In this document: piece by piece, positions 18,048 through 27,187 of the stretch
Layout of the letters: the number at the start of each line of letters is the position of its first letter
Position numbering within the stretch: position 1 is the stretch's first letter
NCBI GenBank assembly: GCA_964436855.1
Contig: CAYTED010000001.1
Span: forward strand, 21-64,020
DNA from: an uncultured Bdellovibrionales bacterium
GTDB taxonomy: Bacteria > Patescibacteriota > Minisyncoccia > Moranbacterales > UBA1568
Length of the DNA: 64,000 nt
Direction: 5' to 3'
The notes under the pieces: model-generated
What the model saw: the letters and a program-made list of their open reading frames with translations, nothing else
What the model was told of the DNA's origin: nothing
Databases searched by the model: none
Position numbers and translations under genes: made by a program

Positions 18048-19334
18048 TCACCTTTTTGCTCCCTGCAAAATCTCCACCGCTCGATCAAGCTGCGGATCGC
18101 GTTTTGCCGCAATATCTTCACGCGTGATTTCCACTTTCACTTCCGGCGCAATTCCGACTTCGTTGATTTGATTTCCTTTCGGCGTCAACCATCGAGCGAC
18201 AGTAATCTTCACCTTGGTTGTTTTGGAAGCAGGCATCAGTTCCTGCACCGACCCCTTCCCAAACGATGTCTCGCCAAGAAGCGTCACTTCGTCACCGCGA
18301 TTGTCATTGAGCGCTCCCGCAAGAATTTCCGACGCACTCGCGCTACCCTCATTGAGAAGAATAACAATCGGAATATTCTGAAATTCTCCCGCTCCGTCCG
18401 TCCGCAATTCCTTACGATCCTTCCGTGCGTTTTCCTCGATAACCGCAACGGAGTTTTTCGGCAAGAACCACCCTGCCATATCGATCGCCGACTCAAGCAG
18501 TCCGCCGGGATTGCTCCGTAAATCGATAATAATTCCCTTCGGTTTTTGTTCAAGCATCGCCTTCGCCGCCAAACGAAATTCTTTCATCGTATCATCGCCA
18601 AATCGACTCACGCGGAGATAGGCGATACCACTCCCCTTCGCTTCATATCGCACACTCTTTACATTGATGGTATCGCGAACCACCTTCACGTCCCTCATTT
18701 CCTCTTCTCCTTCTCGGAAAATCGTGAGTGTCACTTCGGTTCCTTTTTTCCCTCGGATTTTTTTCACGGCGGCATCGAGCGATACGCCGTCGGTTGACTC
18801 CCCGTTTATTTTCAAGACACGATCTCCGGAAAGCAGCCCCGCTTTCTCCGCGGGCATCCCCTCAAGTGGCGCAATAATCGTCAGTACCTTATCTTTCATT
18901 CCCATTTCCGCGCCGATACCCTCAAAACTCCCCGAAATTTCTTCTTCAAACTCTTTTGTTTCTTCGGGATCAAAAAATGTCGTATACGGATCGCCAGATG
19001 CGGAAAGCATGCCATTGATCGCGCCATACAGAAGTTTCCGTGCATCAAGCGAATCGCGATCGACATATTTCTCCTTCAAAAGATCCCATACTTTCCAAAA
19101 AAGACCGAAATCAAGCTTCGTATCAGCACTTTCCTTATTTACAATATCCGTTTTTCGAACATCGAGAAATTCCGATTCCCCGCGCGACTCTCTCCCGCCG
19201 CGATCATACCCAAGCGAATACGCGCCAAAAAGCAACACCGCAAGCGCAAGCAAAAACAAAAATTCCCGCAGAAATGTTCGTCGTTCCCGCATGACCGTTT
19301 TTTTCTCTTCCATTGTTTCTTGTTCTGTTTCCAT
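18048..19334 (-). CDS. S41 C-terminal processing protease with PDZ domain
   Basis: GDPYT, DLRSNPGG, SASASEI, SFGKGSVQ. Confidence 0.95.
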   Translation of the reverse strand: METEQETMEEKKTVMRERRTFLREFLFLLALAVLLFGAYSLGYDRGGRESRGESEFLDVRKTDIVNKESADTKLDFGLFWKVWDLLKEKYVDRDSLDARKLLYGAINGMLSASGDPYTTFFDPEETKEFEEEISGSFEGIGAEMGMKDKVLTIIAPLEGMPAEKAGLLSGDRVLKINGESTDGVSLDAAVKKIRGKKGTEVTLTIFREGEEEMRDVKVVRDTINVKSVRYEAKGSGIAYLRVSRFGDDTMKEFRLAAKAMLEQKPKGIIIDLRSNPGGLLESAIDMAGWFLPKNSVAVIEENARKDRKELRTDGAGEFQNIPIVILLNEGSASASEILAGALNDNRGDEVTLLGETSFGKGSVQELMPASKTTKVKITVARWLTPKGNQINEVGIAPEVKVEITREDIAAKRDPQLDRAVEILQGAKR

Positions 19335-19453
19335 AATTTTTTACACTCTCAAATATATTTTGAAATTCGAAATCGGAAAAATTTTTCTCTTTTTTTTCCT
19401 TGGCGAGATAAAACGACAAGAAAAATATTTTCGATTTCAAACCTTAAAAAAAA

Positions 19454-20266
19454 TTATCTTTCTCGCCTCGGCAAAGGCTTTCCGAAATACTTCGCGAAAT
19501 ATTTGATCGCGCTCCCGATATGAATCCATGTGAGCCGATTAAAGAAAAGTCCAAGAAGCCCTCCCCCCGCACTTCCCTTGCCGTGGTAATGATACACCAT
19601 CGCCTGCGGGAGATGCATCACTTTCCATCCCTTCTCCCAAAACCGCCGACACCAGTCCACATCTTCCATATACATAAAAAAGCGCGTATCCATTTTCCCC
19701 ACTTCTTCATACGCCTTCCGTCTCACAAACATCGCCGATCCCATAATCCAATCCACCGCGCAAGGTTCTTTCCGATCATAATCCTTCATCTGAAACCAAT
19801 CGAGATGCTTTTTCCCGAACGGAAACCACCCAAGCGGCGTTCGACGATAAAGAATCGTCATTGGTTGATAAAAATGAAATGTTGAAAACTGTTCGCTTCC
19901 ATTAAAATTAATCTGTTTCCCGCCCGCGATCCCGACATCGGAATGTTTCTCGAAATATGCAAGAAACGCCGGGATGGTTTCTTTCGTGAGGACAATATCG
20001 TGATTGATGAGGAAAAAATACTCCTCCCCGCGTGCCTCCTCGAGCGTTTTATTCACAAGTCGCACACATCCAACGTTTTTCTCAAACGGAAAAAATCGCA
20101 CCGATGGAAAATCCTGCATCACAAGTCTCGTCGATTCTTCGGTGGCACTGTCCGCCACGAGCACTTCGTACTCGATTCCCGAAACGTTTTTTTCGATCGA
20201 TTCAAGACAAAGCCGAAGCAACTCCGGATTTTTGTAACTATTAATGGCGATAGAAAGCTTCGGCAC
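19454..20266 (-). CDS. GT2 glycosyltransferase (rhamnosyltransferase-like)
   Basis: INHD, VDWIMGSAM, FFMYMEDVDWCRR. Confidence 0.9.
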   Translation of the reverse strand: MPKLSIAINSYKNPELLRLCLESIEKNVSGIEYEVLVADSATEESTRLVMQDFPSVRFFPFEKNVGCVRLVNKTLEEARGEEYFFLINHDIVLTKETIPAFLAYFEKHSDVGIAGGKQINFNGSEQFSTFHFYQPMTILYRRTPLGWFPFGKKHLDWFQMKDYDRKEPCAVDWIMGSAMFVRRKAYEEVGKMDTRFFMYMEDVDWCRRFWEKGWKVMHLPQAMVYHYHGKGSAGGGLLGLFFNRLTWIHIGSAIKYFAKYFGKPLPRRER

Positions 20267-20288
20267 AAGATATTCATTAATACAAGGA

Positions 20289-20425
20289 CAATCCGAACTG
20301 TTTTCCGGCGCGAGTTTGATCTCGAAAGCATGGTCTTCTTCGACACACTTATCGAAGAAGTTTCGAGATCAACCTCAGTGCGGTCCCGCTAGAGACCGTG
20401 CGGCGACGAACAACAGTTCGGATTG
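20289..20425 (+). ncRNA. Structured motif copy B (unknown RNA or ssDNA element)
   Basis: 14-bp closing stem CAATCCGAACTGTT/AACAGTTCGGATTG; internal stems covary with 8643..8776. Confidence 0.65.
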
Positions 20426-20436
20426 AAACGAAAACC

Positions 20437-21660
20437 CTACGGCAATTTCGCAAACATCTCCCGAATCTTGTCGTAATTGTCGCCAGCCGGGAGAAGGATA
20501 TATCCCGTTTCTTTCGTTGTCTCCGGATGATAGAGAAGTCCCTCTTCCGTCGTATCAAGCACTCGTGAGGTCGGCGCGACATCACCCATTTTCTGATACA
20601 AATCGAAAAGACGCTTCATCTCCCACCCCTCAAGATTCGTAAGCACGTTATTTCCAAGTCCATTGAGAAGTCCGTTGATTTTCTCGAAATCCGAAAGCGT
20701 TCCGATCGAGAGCGCCTTCTTCTTGACGGCTTCAATAACTTGCTGCTGCCGTTTCGCGCGATCGAAATCACTCGATCCATATCGCGCTCGCGCAAAACAA
20801 AGCGCTTGCTCACCATTCAATTGGGAATCTCCGGCAGGAAGCGATACTTTTCCGTTACACTCCAAATCTTCCGGATTCACTTTCGCATAGCAAAGCGGGT
20901 ATCGCTTTGGATTCAGATAGTACGTTCCGTTTTTCCGGCGAATTCGTTTTTCTTCGTAATTTCCCGAGGGAATGGTATACCGAACCCCATCGCAACGCTG
21001 CTCCAAGCCTCGAAACTGGAGATTTTCCGAAAATGGCTGATCAAGAGTAACGGTAATCCCTCCAACCGCATCGACAATTTCTTTAAATCCCTCAAAATTA
21101 ATCGCGACCGAGTACGGGATATTTTGCCCCGTAATCTCACTGACGATTGTTCGCATATCTTCCATACCCCCTCCGCCATGCGATCGATTCTCTCCCTCCG
21201 CATACACGGCATTAATTTTTGCTTGCCAATCCTTATTCGGAATCTTCACATAAAAATCCCGCGGAATGGAAACGAGCGACGCCTTGGCGGTATCCCCTTC
21301 GATCGCGTCATTCTTCGGATGAATCGAGAGGACCATAATTGTATCCGCAAGAAGTCCTCCTCCCGTTACGTGTTCCCCGCGCATCCCGAGAAGAAGAATA
21401 TTGATCCGCCCCTCGTCTTCACCGGAAAGTTTCTTTTCCACACCCGGAAGCGTCTTTACGATATTTTTCAAAAACCCGTCTTTGCCAACGGAAATTTTTC
21501 CGATCGTCGCGCCGGCTTTCAAAAAAACAATTCCGCCGACAATCAAAATAACCACGAATATTCCAACCGCGATATGCCACCATCGGAAACGACGTTTTTT
21601 TTCAAAAGTAAACGAAGATGATCCGCCCGACGATGCATCTTTTTTTCCAAATAAAGACAT
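20437..21660 (-). CDS. LCP (LytR-CpsA-Psr) family glycopolymer transferase
   Basis: TM, INILLLG, ADTIM, SIPRD, KINAVY, FARARY.SSDFDRAKRQQ. Confidence 0.93.
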   Translation of the reverse strand: MSLFGKKDASSGGSSSFTFEKKRRFRWWHIAVGIFVVILIVGGIVFLKAGATIGKISVGKDGFLKNIVKTLPGVEKKLSGEDEGRINILLLGMRGEHVTGGGLLADTIMVLSIHPKNDAIEGDTAKASLVSIPRDFYVKIPNKDWQAKINAVYAEGENRSHGGGGMEDMRTIVSEITGQNIPYSVAINFEGFKEIVDAVGGITVTLDQPFSENLQFRGLEQRCDGVRYTIPSGNYEEKRIRRKNGTYYLNPKRYPLCYAKVNPEDLECNGKVSLPAGDSQLNGEQALCFARARYGSSDFDRAKRQQQVIEAVKKKALSIGTLSDFEKINGLLNGLGNNVLTNLEGWEMKRLFDLYQKMGDVAPTSRVLDTTEEGLLYHPETTKETGYILLPAGDNYDKIREMFAKLP

Positions 21661-21677
21661 GATGTATTCTTCACTGT

Positions 21678-22814
21678 TTAGTTCTCGACAAACAAAGAAA
21701 GAAGCGTTTTCGCGCTTTCCTTCCACGAGAAAGAAGAGAGCGTCCGAGATCCGTCCGCAAGCGCTCTTTCCCGCCATTGGTCGTCAATGGAAGCATTGTA
21801 CAATATTTCCGCCGCACCGGCAATGCCGTGTGGATTGAAAAAAACCGCTGCAGAAGAAGCGATTTCCCGAAACGGCGGGATGTCCGAACAAGCAACCGGC
21901 ACCCCTTGCGATAGCGCCTCAAGAATCGGAATGCCAAACCCTTCGTAGAGCGACGGAAATACGAAGAGGCGTGCGCCAGCATAGAGCGCCGGAAGATCAG
22001 CACTCTCGATAAATCCCGGAAAAATCACCCGCCCGCCGATACTGGTTTCTTTGATTGCCCGATCGATTCCCATATCGAAATGATGCGCTTTCCGATTCCC
22101 GACAAGCACCAGCGAATACCCTGCGCTCGGAAGTTTCGATTGCGCGAATGCTCGAATGAGAAACGGGATATTTTTTCGCGGTTGGAGCGTCCCGACCGAA
22201 AGAAGATATTTCTCCGGCAGATGGTATTTCTTTTTCACACGAATAACATCTTCCGGCATCGCTTTCTGCAAAAATTCATCGCCGATTGCATTGTAGAGAA
22301 CACCCACTTTCTCCGGACTGACACCGTAATATTTGACAATCTCCGCTTGAGTAAATTTCGATGTTGCAAGCACTCGATATGACCGACAAATCGACCGCGG
22401 AATAAGAAGCGCAAGAAACAGTCGGTCCTTCCACCCGATTAACTGCGGAAACGCGCGAAACGACACATCGTGAATATGCGTAAATATCTTCGTCCGTTTT
22501 GGTGTAAAAAACGGAATAATGTACTGCGTATGAAAAACATCAATCTGATTGTTCCAAAAATATCTCGGAAGCGTCCAAAAATTCCACGTGTAACGATTCC
22601 TTGTCGGCAAAGAAATCAATTGAATATTCTCCTTTCCGGCAAGCTGGAGCCGACGAGAAATCTGCGAGAGACGCTCCACATTCGTCTCATCGGTAAGAAG
22701 AAAATAATGATTCTCTCGATCAAGCATAACGAGCTCCCGCGTGAGATGAAAGAAAACCATCTCATCCCCCGTGCGTTGTTTTCCGAGCAATCGAATGTCA
22801 ATGGCGATGTTCAT
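21678..22814 (-). CDS. GT4 glycosyltransferase
   Basis: GTLQPRKN, FPSLYEGFGIPILEA. Confidence 0.93.
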   Translation of the reverse strand: MNIAIDIRLLGKQRTGDEMVFFHLTRELVMLDRENHYFLLTDETNVERLSQISRRLQLAGKENIQLISLPTRNRYTWNFWTLPRYFWNNQIDVFHTQYIIPFFTPKRTKIFTHIHDVSFRAFPQLIGWKDRLFLALLIPRSICRSYRVLATSKFTQAEIVKYYGVSPEKVGVLYNAIGDEFLQKAMPEDVIRVKKKYHLPEKYLLSVGTLQPRKNIPFLIRAFAQSKLPSAGYSLVLVGNRKAHHFDMGIDRAIKETSIGGRVIFPGFIESADLPALYAGARLFVFPSLYEGFGIPILEALSQGVPVACSDIPPFREIASSAAVFFNPHGIAGAAEILYNASIDDQWRERALADGSRTLSSFSWKESAKTLLSLFVEN

Positions 22815-22838
22815 AATGAGAGAAACAATAACGAAAAA

Positions 22839-24479
22839 TCAAATATCTTTTTTCACCAACCACGGAAGGGAGAGAAAAACCCAGAGCGAGCCGAGGAGGA
22901 GGCCAGCATTGAAGAGGTTGAACACCGTGATCGCGACCCATGCGCCGGAAAGTCCAATCCAGAGACTCTCATCCGGAGCCGATTGATTCAATCTCTTCAA
23001 AAACACCCCCTCGACACACACTCGATATCCAAATGCGAACCAAAAAATAACAAGGAGAAGAAACCCGAATACTCCGGCACCAAGCCAAGCCTCAAGAAAC
23101 ATATTGCTCGAATTGAGCCCAGCGCCACGCTCATCATTACCAAAATATCGACTCGAATTCCCCCAACCGATCCCAACAATCGCATGCTCTGAAAGGAGGG
23201 TAAACGTTTTCCTATAAATTTCTTTTCGAAGAGAAATATTCGGATCAACCCGATACGCTTCAGTTACAACGTGTCCACTCATTTGCTCTGATGCAATGTC
23301 CTCAAGATTGATATGACGGCACCCACGCTCCACTAAACGCGCTGAATCAACCGCTTCATGAGACGAAAATGTCTGCGCCGAAAGACACGACACCGTAATT
23401 TTTTGCAATCCCGATCCAATACTTTTCCCCCGATCAAACAAGTGAAACGATGAAAGAGAACTCCCAATAACAATACAAAGAGCCGCCAAAAACAACCCGA
23501 AAAGAAAGAGCTTCCCGGAGAGCATCCGCCGCGAGACGCCCCACTCTCTCTGCATCAACGCCCGAAACGCGCCAAATCGCACCGCTGAAAGAAGCACCAC
23601 CATCGCGATCCCAAGAAACGCCGCGAGCCACGCGCTCCGACTCACCGAGAGAAGCAGCACAAGGAAAAGAAGTACGAGAAATACGCTCATCTCGATACCC
23701 TTTCGCTTTGGAAAGTTCTCCGCGAAAAAAAGCGGAAATAGAAATGCCGAAGCAAATGCTGCTACTGCTGCTACAAATCCCCCGAGCCAATCTGCCTCGG
23801 GAAAAGTTCCGTTTGGTCGCCCTGTCATCACCTCAAATGCAGGGAGTCCATGCTTCATCCGAACACTCTGCCATACGGCATACAAGAGAACAAGAATCGT
23901 CGAAAGAATAAAGAAACGACCGGCAATACGTATATCATCGTATGTTTTAAAAAATGTTCGCCCCAAAAAAAAGAGAAAAACAAAAGAGAGAACAATAACC
24001 GATTGCTTTACGGCTCCAGAAAAAAGTCCCACCTCCGGAAGAAACGGCAACACAAGCAATCCAGTAGCCGCAAAAAAAAGAAAAACGCCATCGATCCACT
24101 GAAACGAAAAAAGTTTCCAAGGCGTTCGCTTGGTCAATATTCGAACAAGAACTGCCGCACCAAGAATCACCGCCAAAAACTGATATGGCCGAAGATTAAA
24201 ACCAAGCTCTACCGGCGCCACATTCACCAGTTCAAGCGGAAGCACACCAACAAGCAAACCGAATACCCATCCGGGTCGATAGAGCGCCACCAAAAACAAA
24301 AGCACTCCAAAAAAAAGAAAATCACCAAGTCGAAATGGAAGCACTCCCTTATTTGAAAGCACAAGAAGCGCCGAAACCACAACGACATTCAAAACAAGGA
24401 GCATCCACAAAGGGCTCATCCGAAACGAATCAACTCGTTCTCGCAATTCCGAAACAAACATACGTATTTCTTTTTTCAT
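22839..24479 (-). CDS. O-antigen ligase/polymerase-like membrane protein
   Basis: Many TM; RPNGTFPEAD, SVSRSAW, GIGWGN. Confidence 0.8.
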   Translation of the reverse strand: MKKEIRMFVSELRERVDSFRMSPLWMLLVLNVVVVSALLVLSNKGVLPFRLGDFLFFGVLLFLVALYRPGWVFGLLVGVLPLELVNVAPVELGFNLRPYQFLAVILGAAVLVRILTKRTPWKLFSFQWIDGVFLFFAATGLLVLPFLPEVGLFSGAVKQSVIVLSFVFLFFLGRTFFKTYDDIRIAGRFFILSTILVLLYAVWQSVRMKHGLPAFEVMTGRPNGTFPEADWLGGFVAAVAAFASAFLFPLFFAENFPKRKGIEMSVFLVLLFLVLLLSVSRSAWLAAFLGIAMVVLLSAVRFGAFRALMQREWGVSRRMLSGKLFLFGLFLAALCIVIGSSLSSFHLFDRGKSIGSGLQKITVSCLSAQTFSSHEAVDSARLVERGCRHINLEDIASEQMSGHVVTEAYRVDPNISLRKEIYRKTFTLLSEHAIVGIGWGNSSRYFGNDERGAGLNSSNMFLEAWLGAGVFGFLLLVIFWFAFGYRVCVEGVFLKRLNQSAPDESLWIGLSGAWVAITVFNLFNAGLLLGSLWVFLSLPWLVKKDI

Positions 24480-24487
24480 ATCCGATA

Positions 24488-25669
24488 CTATGCTAACACT
24501 CGCCGCACAAAAATATTCCATGAAAACTGTTTCACGTGTTCCATTCCTTTTCGAGCAAGCTCATCGCGAAGCACGGCATCATCCAAGAGACGCCCCATCG
24601 CTTCAGTCATTTCTCCGGAGTGCAACGGATCAACAAAGAGCGCGGCATCTCCGCAAACTTCAGGAAGAGAACTTGATCGCGAGGCGATAACCGGTACTCC
24701 CTGCGACATGGATTCAATTGGTGGAAGCCCGAATCCTTCATACAAAGACGGATACACAAACATCAGCGCTCCGCGATACAGCGCCGGCAATGCTTCCTCC
24801 GGTACGAACCCGGTCAACACGACATCGCGCGCCAAATCATACTTCCGTATCAATCCTTCAATATCTGTGGCAAGTGGATTCTTTTTTGAATGAATTTTCC
24901 CAGAAAGAAGCAGTTTCGGCGTATCAATTCCCCGACGTGATCGCGTCGCCTTCAACATCGCATACGCATCAAGCACCATGCGAGCATTCTTCCTCGCCTC
25001 AAATCCCCCGCCATGATAGATATATCCCGGATCGACCTGATACTTCCGCAGTACTTGATCGCGGTATTCATCCGAACACACCGAATCGAACACGGCCGAT
25101 ATCCCCGGATACGCAACCGTTATTTTCGATTCGCCGATGTGAAGCTCCCGCATAATATCCTGCTTTGTATATTCCGACACGGCTACCAAATGCGAAGCGG
25201 AAGCGATCCCCCGCTCCACCAATCGCCAGTGCCATCGTCTCGTCCACTTGTCCAGATATTCTGGAAAAAATCTCGGAATGATATCGTGCACGACCATGAT
25301 ATGCCATACCTTGGAATCGGCACGAAAACGCGTTCCACTCTGATACAGACTCACAAACATATCGCATCCATCCCGACGCGCCTCAATCGCAAGTTGCCGC
25401 TCCCAGAGTGCTCTTCGAATCACATCATCGCGCTTCCAATACTTCGGAAGAAATGTCCGCACCCGAAAACGATCAGGGAGAGATACCTCTGTCGGCTCTT
25501 CGGTATACAGAATGAACTCGGCTTCCTGAAGTCCACCAAAAAATTGCCAGCTCTTCGCCGCGCCGCAAGAAATCGCCGGATCAGAAAGATGATGAAGAAA
25601 AGAAGCGGTAACCTGACCGATTCCCGTCCCCGGTTTCCGCAAAAATGACGCATCAATACCGATTTTCAT
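24488..25669 (-). CDS. GT4 glycosyltransferase
   Basis: RKN, YPSLYEGFGLPPIESM. Confidence 0.93.
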   Translation of the reverse strand: MKIGIDASFLRKPGTGIGQVTASFLHHLSDPAISCGAAKSWQFFGGLQEAEFILYTEEPTEVSLPDRFRVRTFLPKYWKRDDVIRRALWERQLAIEARRDGCDMFVSLYQSGTRFRADSKVWHIMVVHDIIPRFFPEYLDKWTRRWHWRLVERGIASASHLVAVSEYTKQDIMRELHIGESKITVAYPGISAVFDSVCSDEYRDQVLRKYQVDPGYIYHGGGFEARKNARMVLDAYAMLKATRSRRGIDTPKLLLSGKIHSKKNPLATDIEGLIRKYDLARDVVLTGFVPEEALPALYRGALMFVYPSLYEGFGLPPIESMSQGVPVIASRSSSLPEVCGDAALFVDPLHSGEMTEAMGRLLDDAVLRDELARKGMEHVKQFSWNIFVRRVLA

Positions 25670-25747
25670 AGTAAGAACATTGTATCAAGAAACGGTAAAT
25701 GAGAAAAAGAAATCTAAACAAAGCTTCGCTTGCAGTCGCATTATATT

Positions 25748-25784
25748 CTCCCCCCCCCCTCTAAGGGGAGGATTAAGGAGGGGT
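25748..25784 (+). repeat. Degenerate DUF559-type REP-like palindrome
   Basis: CTCCCCCCCCCCTCTAAGGGGAGGATTAAGGAGGGGT, similar to 38173..38208 and 39571..39604. Confidence 0.65.
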
Positions 25785-25797
25785 CTTGTTTTTCTTC

Positions 25798-25978
25798 CTC
25801 GTCCGTAAGTGGAGCTTTGATACAGATGCGAGATGAAGTGAAGCGTTGCTGACAATGTCTGTAAGCAGGAAGTGAAACGGCAAACGGACATTGAGCGAAA
25901 CAAATCCGCATCTTTCAAAGCGAAACGCAGGACAAGAGTTTACTTTGCATACTTTCTTTTGCGATCAAAAGAAAGTAT
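25798..25978. repeat. Nested inverted-repeat element ending in a perfect 13-bp hairpin
   Basis: GCTTTGA/TCAAAGC, AGATGCG/CGCATCT, CAATGTCTGT/ACGGACATTG, ATACTTTCTTTTG-cgat-CAAAAGAAAGTAT. Confidence 0.55.
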
Positions 25979-25997
25979 AAGAAAAAATAACCATAAT

Positions 25998-26046
25998 AAA
26001 AAACGCTTACGGTCTCCAGTAACACTGGGGGAATTCCGTAAGCGTT
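25998..26046 (-). terminator. Terminator-like hairpin ending the putative large ncRNA
   Basis: AACGCTTACGG..CCGTAAGCGTT followed by a U tract on the minus strand. Confidence 0.7.
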
Positions 26047-26589
26047 GTGTTGTGCGCAAACAGGCATGGCGTGGCTGCGTCCTCGTCGATGAGCGCGACG
26101 CCGATAGCCTGGCGCGGGATTTCTCCCGTGCCCGCTGCGCGGTTGCGATTATACCACAAAAAGAGAAAAATGTGGTCGGCGAGAAGAAGTGAGTACTACG
26201 AGCATCGCAGGAAGCATCCCTCCTTATGCGCTCTCTCACCCCTCGTTCGCCGATTGAAACGTGTCGTGATAACGTACCACCCCTACCACGACCGTAGGTA
26301 TCCGACGCTCCCTATCTTACACGGGAGGCCGGACGGTTAAGAGGTTCATGGACGCGCCGGAGCCGCTGTGGCCGCCGCCGATGCCGACGCCCCTTGGTTT
26401 TCTCCTTGAGATCGCCACCACGTCGGTAGCTTCTTTACCCCGAAATATTCCGGACAAAAAAGCTACCCGCGTGGCGCACCAAAAAAGAGTGCTTCGCTTC
26501 AAACTTCACAATCGCAATCATTCAAAGAACATTAAGGATATTCTTAACAGAATTCCCCTCATCCGTCAAATTTTGGAACTTCAGTATAA
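25998..26589 (-). ncRNA. Putative large structured ncRNA (~590 nt), family not recognised
   Basis: Consensus promoter, boxA-like TGTTCTTTGAA, many GC-rich helices with G-U pairs and a GAAA tetraloop, 11-bp long-range helix, terminator; no credible ORF. Confidence 0.65.
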
Positions 26590-26595
26590 ATTTAT

Positions 26596-26624
26596 ATTAT
26601 AACAAATAAATCAAATATTGTCAA
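26596..26624 (-). promoter_or_regulatory. Consensus sigma70 promoter
   Basis: TTGACA (26624-26619)-17 bp-TATAAT (26601-26596). Confidence 0.85.
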
Positions 26625-26658
26625 TACCAATCACACAATGTCTATTTTTATGGCTTAT

Positions 26659-27183
26659 TCAAGGTAAAATAACGGATCGAGTCGTATCGTACGCCCAGTG
26701 AAGAAGCGCTTGCCTCTGTCGTGGGCGGCACAACATATCCCCCGACCGACAATGCTTCGCAATTTGCGCCAAATGCCGCCGCATCATTTTCCATCGTTTG
26801 ATCTGCCGCGCATCTTCTTCCGGCAATCGCCGTCCCAGAAAATATCGGCAGTACCACTGAAACCACCCGCGCGGATCATTGGAAAAAATCCATCCTTTTC
26901 GTCTCCATTCCGAAAGCGATTGACTGGCATCCACCCGAAAATAATTGAGTGACGGATCTTTTTTCGATGGAGAAAGTTTTGCTTGCAGAAACCATTCTTT
27001 CGGAAATTCTCCCCGACAATCCGTCAGATATTTTCCTCCAAACACACCAAGCGCGAGCATCTCTTTCGGCGTGAGATCGGGACGGAATTCCGGATCAAAC
27101 TCTTTCCCCATTGGCGCAGAGAGTTCATACCGATAGTTTTGCTGCATTCGATCGTTTACCGTGACCACTGTACGTTGTTGCAT
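26659..27183 (-). CDS. Conserved hypothetical protein (Trp/Arg-rich family)
   Basis: FRPDLTPKEMLALGVFGGKY, DPRGWFQWYCRY..GRR..ED.RQI.RW, RQALLHWAY. Confidence 0.8.
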   Translation of the reverse strand: MQQRTVVTVNDRMQQNYRYELSAPMGKEFDPEFRPDLTPKEMLALGVFGGKYLTDCRGEFPKEWFLQAKLSPSKKDPSLNYFRVDASQSLSEWRRKGWIFSNDPRGWFQWYCRYFLGRRLPEEDARQIKRWKMMRRHLAQIAKHCRSGDMLCRPRQRQALLHWAYDTTRSVILP

Positions 27184-27187
27184 ACGG

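Noticed and set aside
20289-20425. 6S RNA
   Set aside because: Short (137 nt), no dedicated promoter seen, no large symmetric central bubble, and a second structurally equivalent copy exists; not fully excluded without cmscan.
25998-26589. RNase P RNA, tmRNA, SRP RNA, group I/II intron or retron ncRNA
   Set aside because: No GAGGAAAGUCC/P4, no tRNA-like T-arm with CCA end, no SRP domain IV motif, no intron catalytic core, and no reverse transcriptase in the window.
25940-26602. Short ORFs in the 25.7-26.6 kb gap (61-106 aa on both strands)
   Set aside because: No recognisable motifs or SD, mutually overlapping, and coincident with dense base-pairing; better explained as non-coding.
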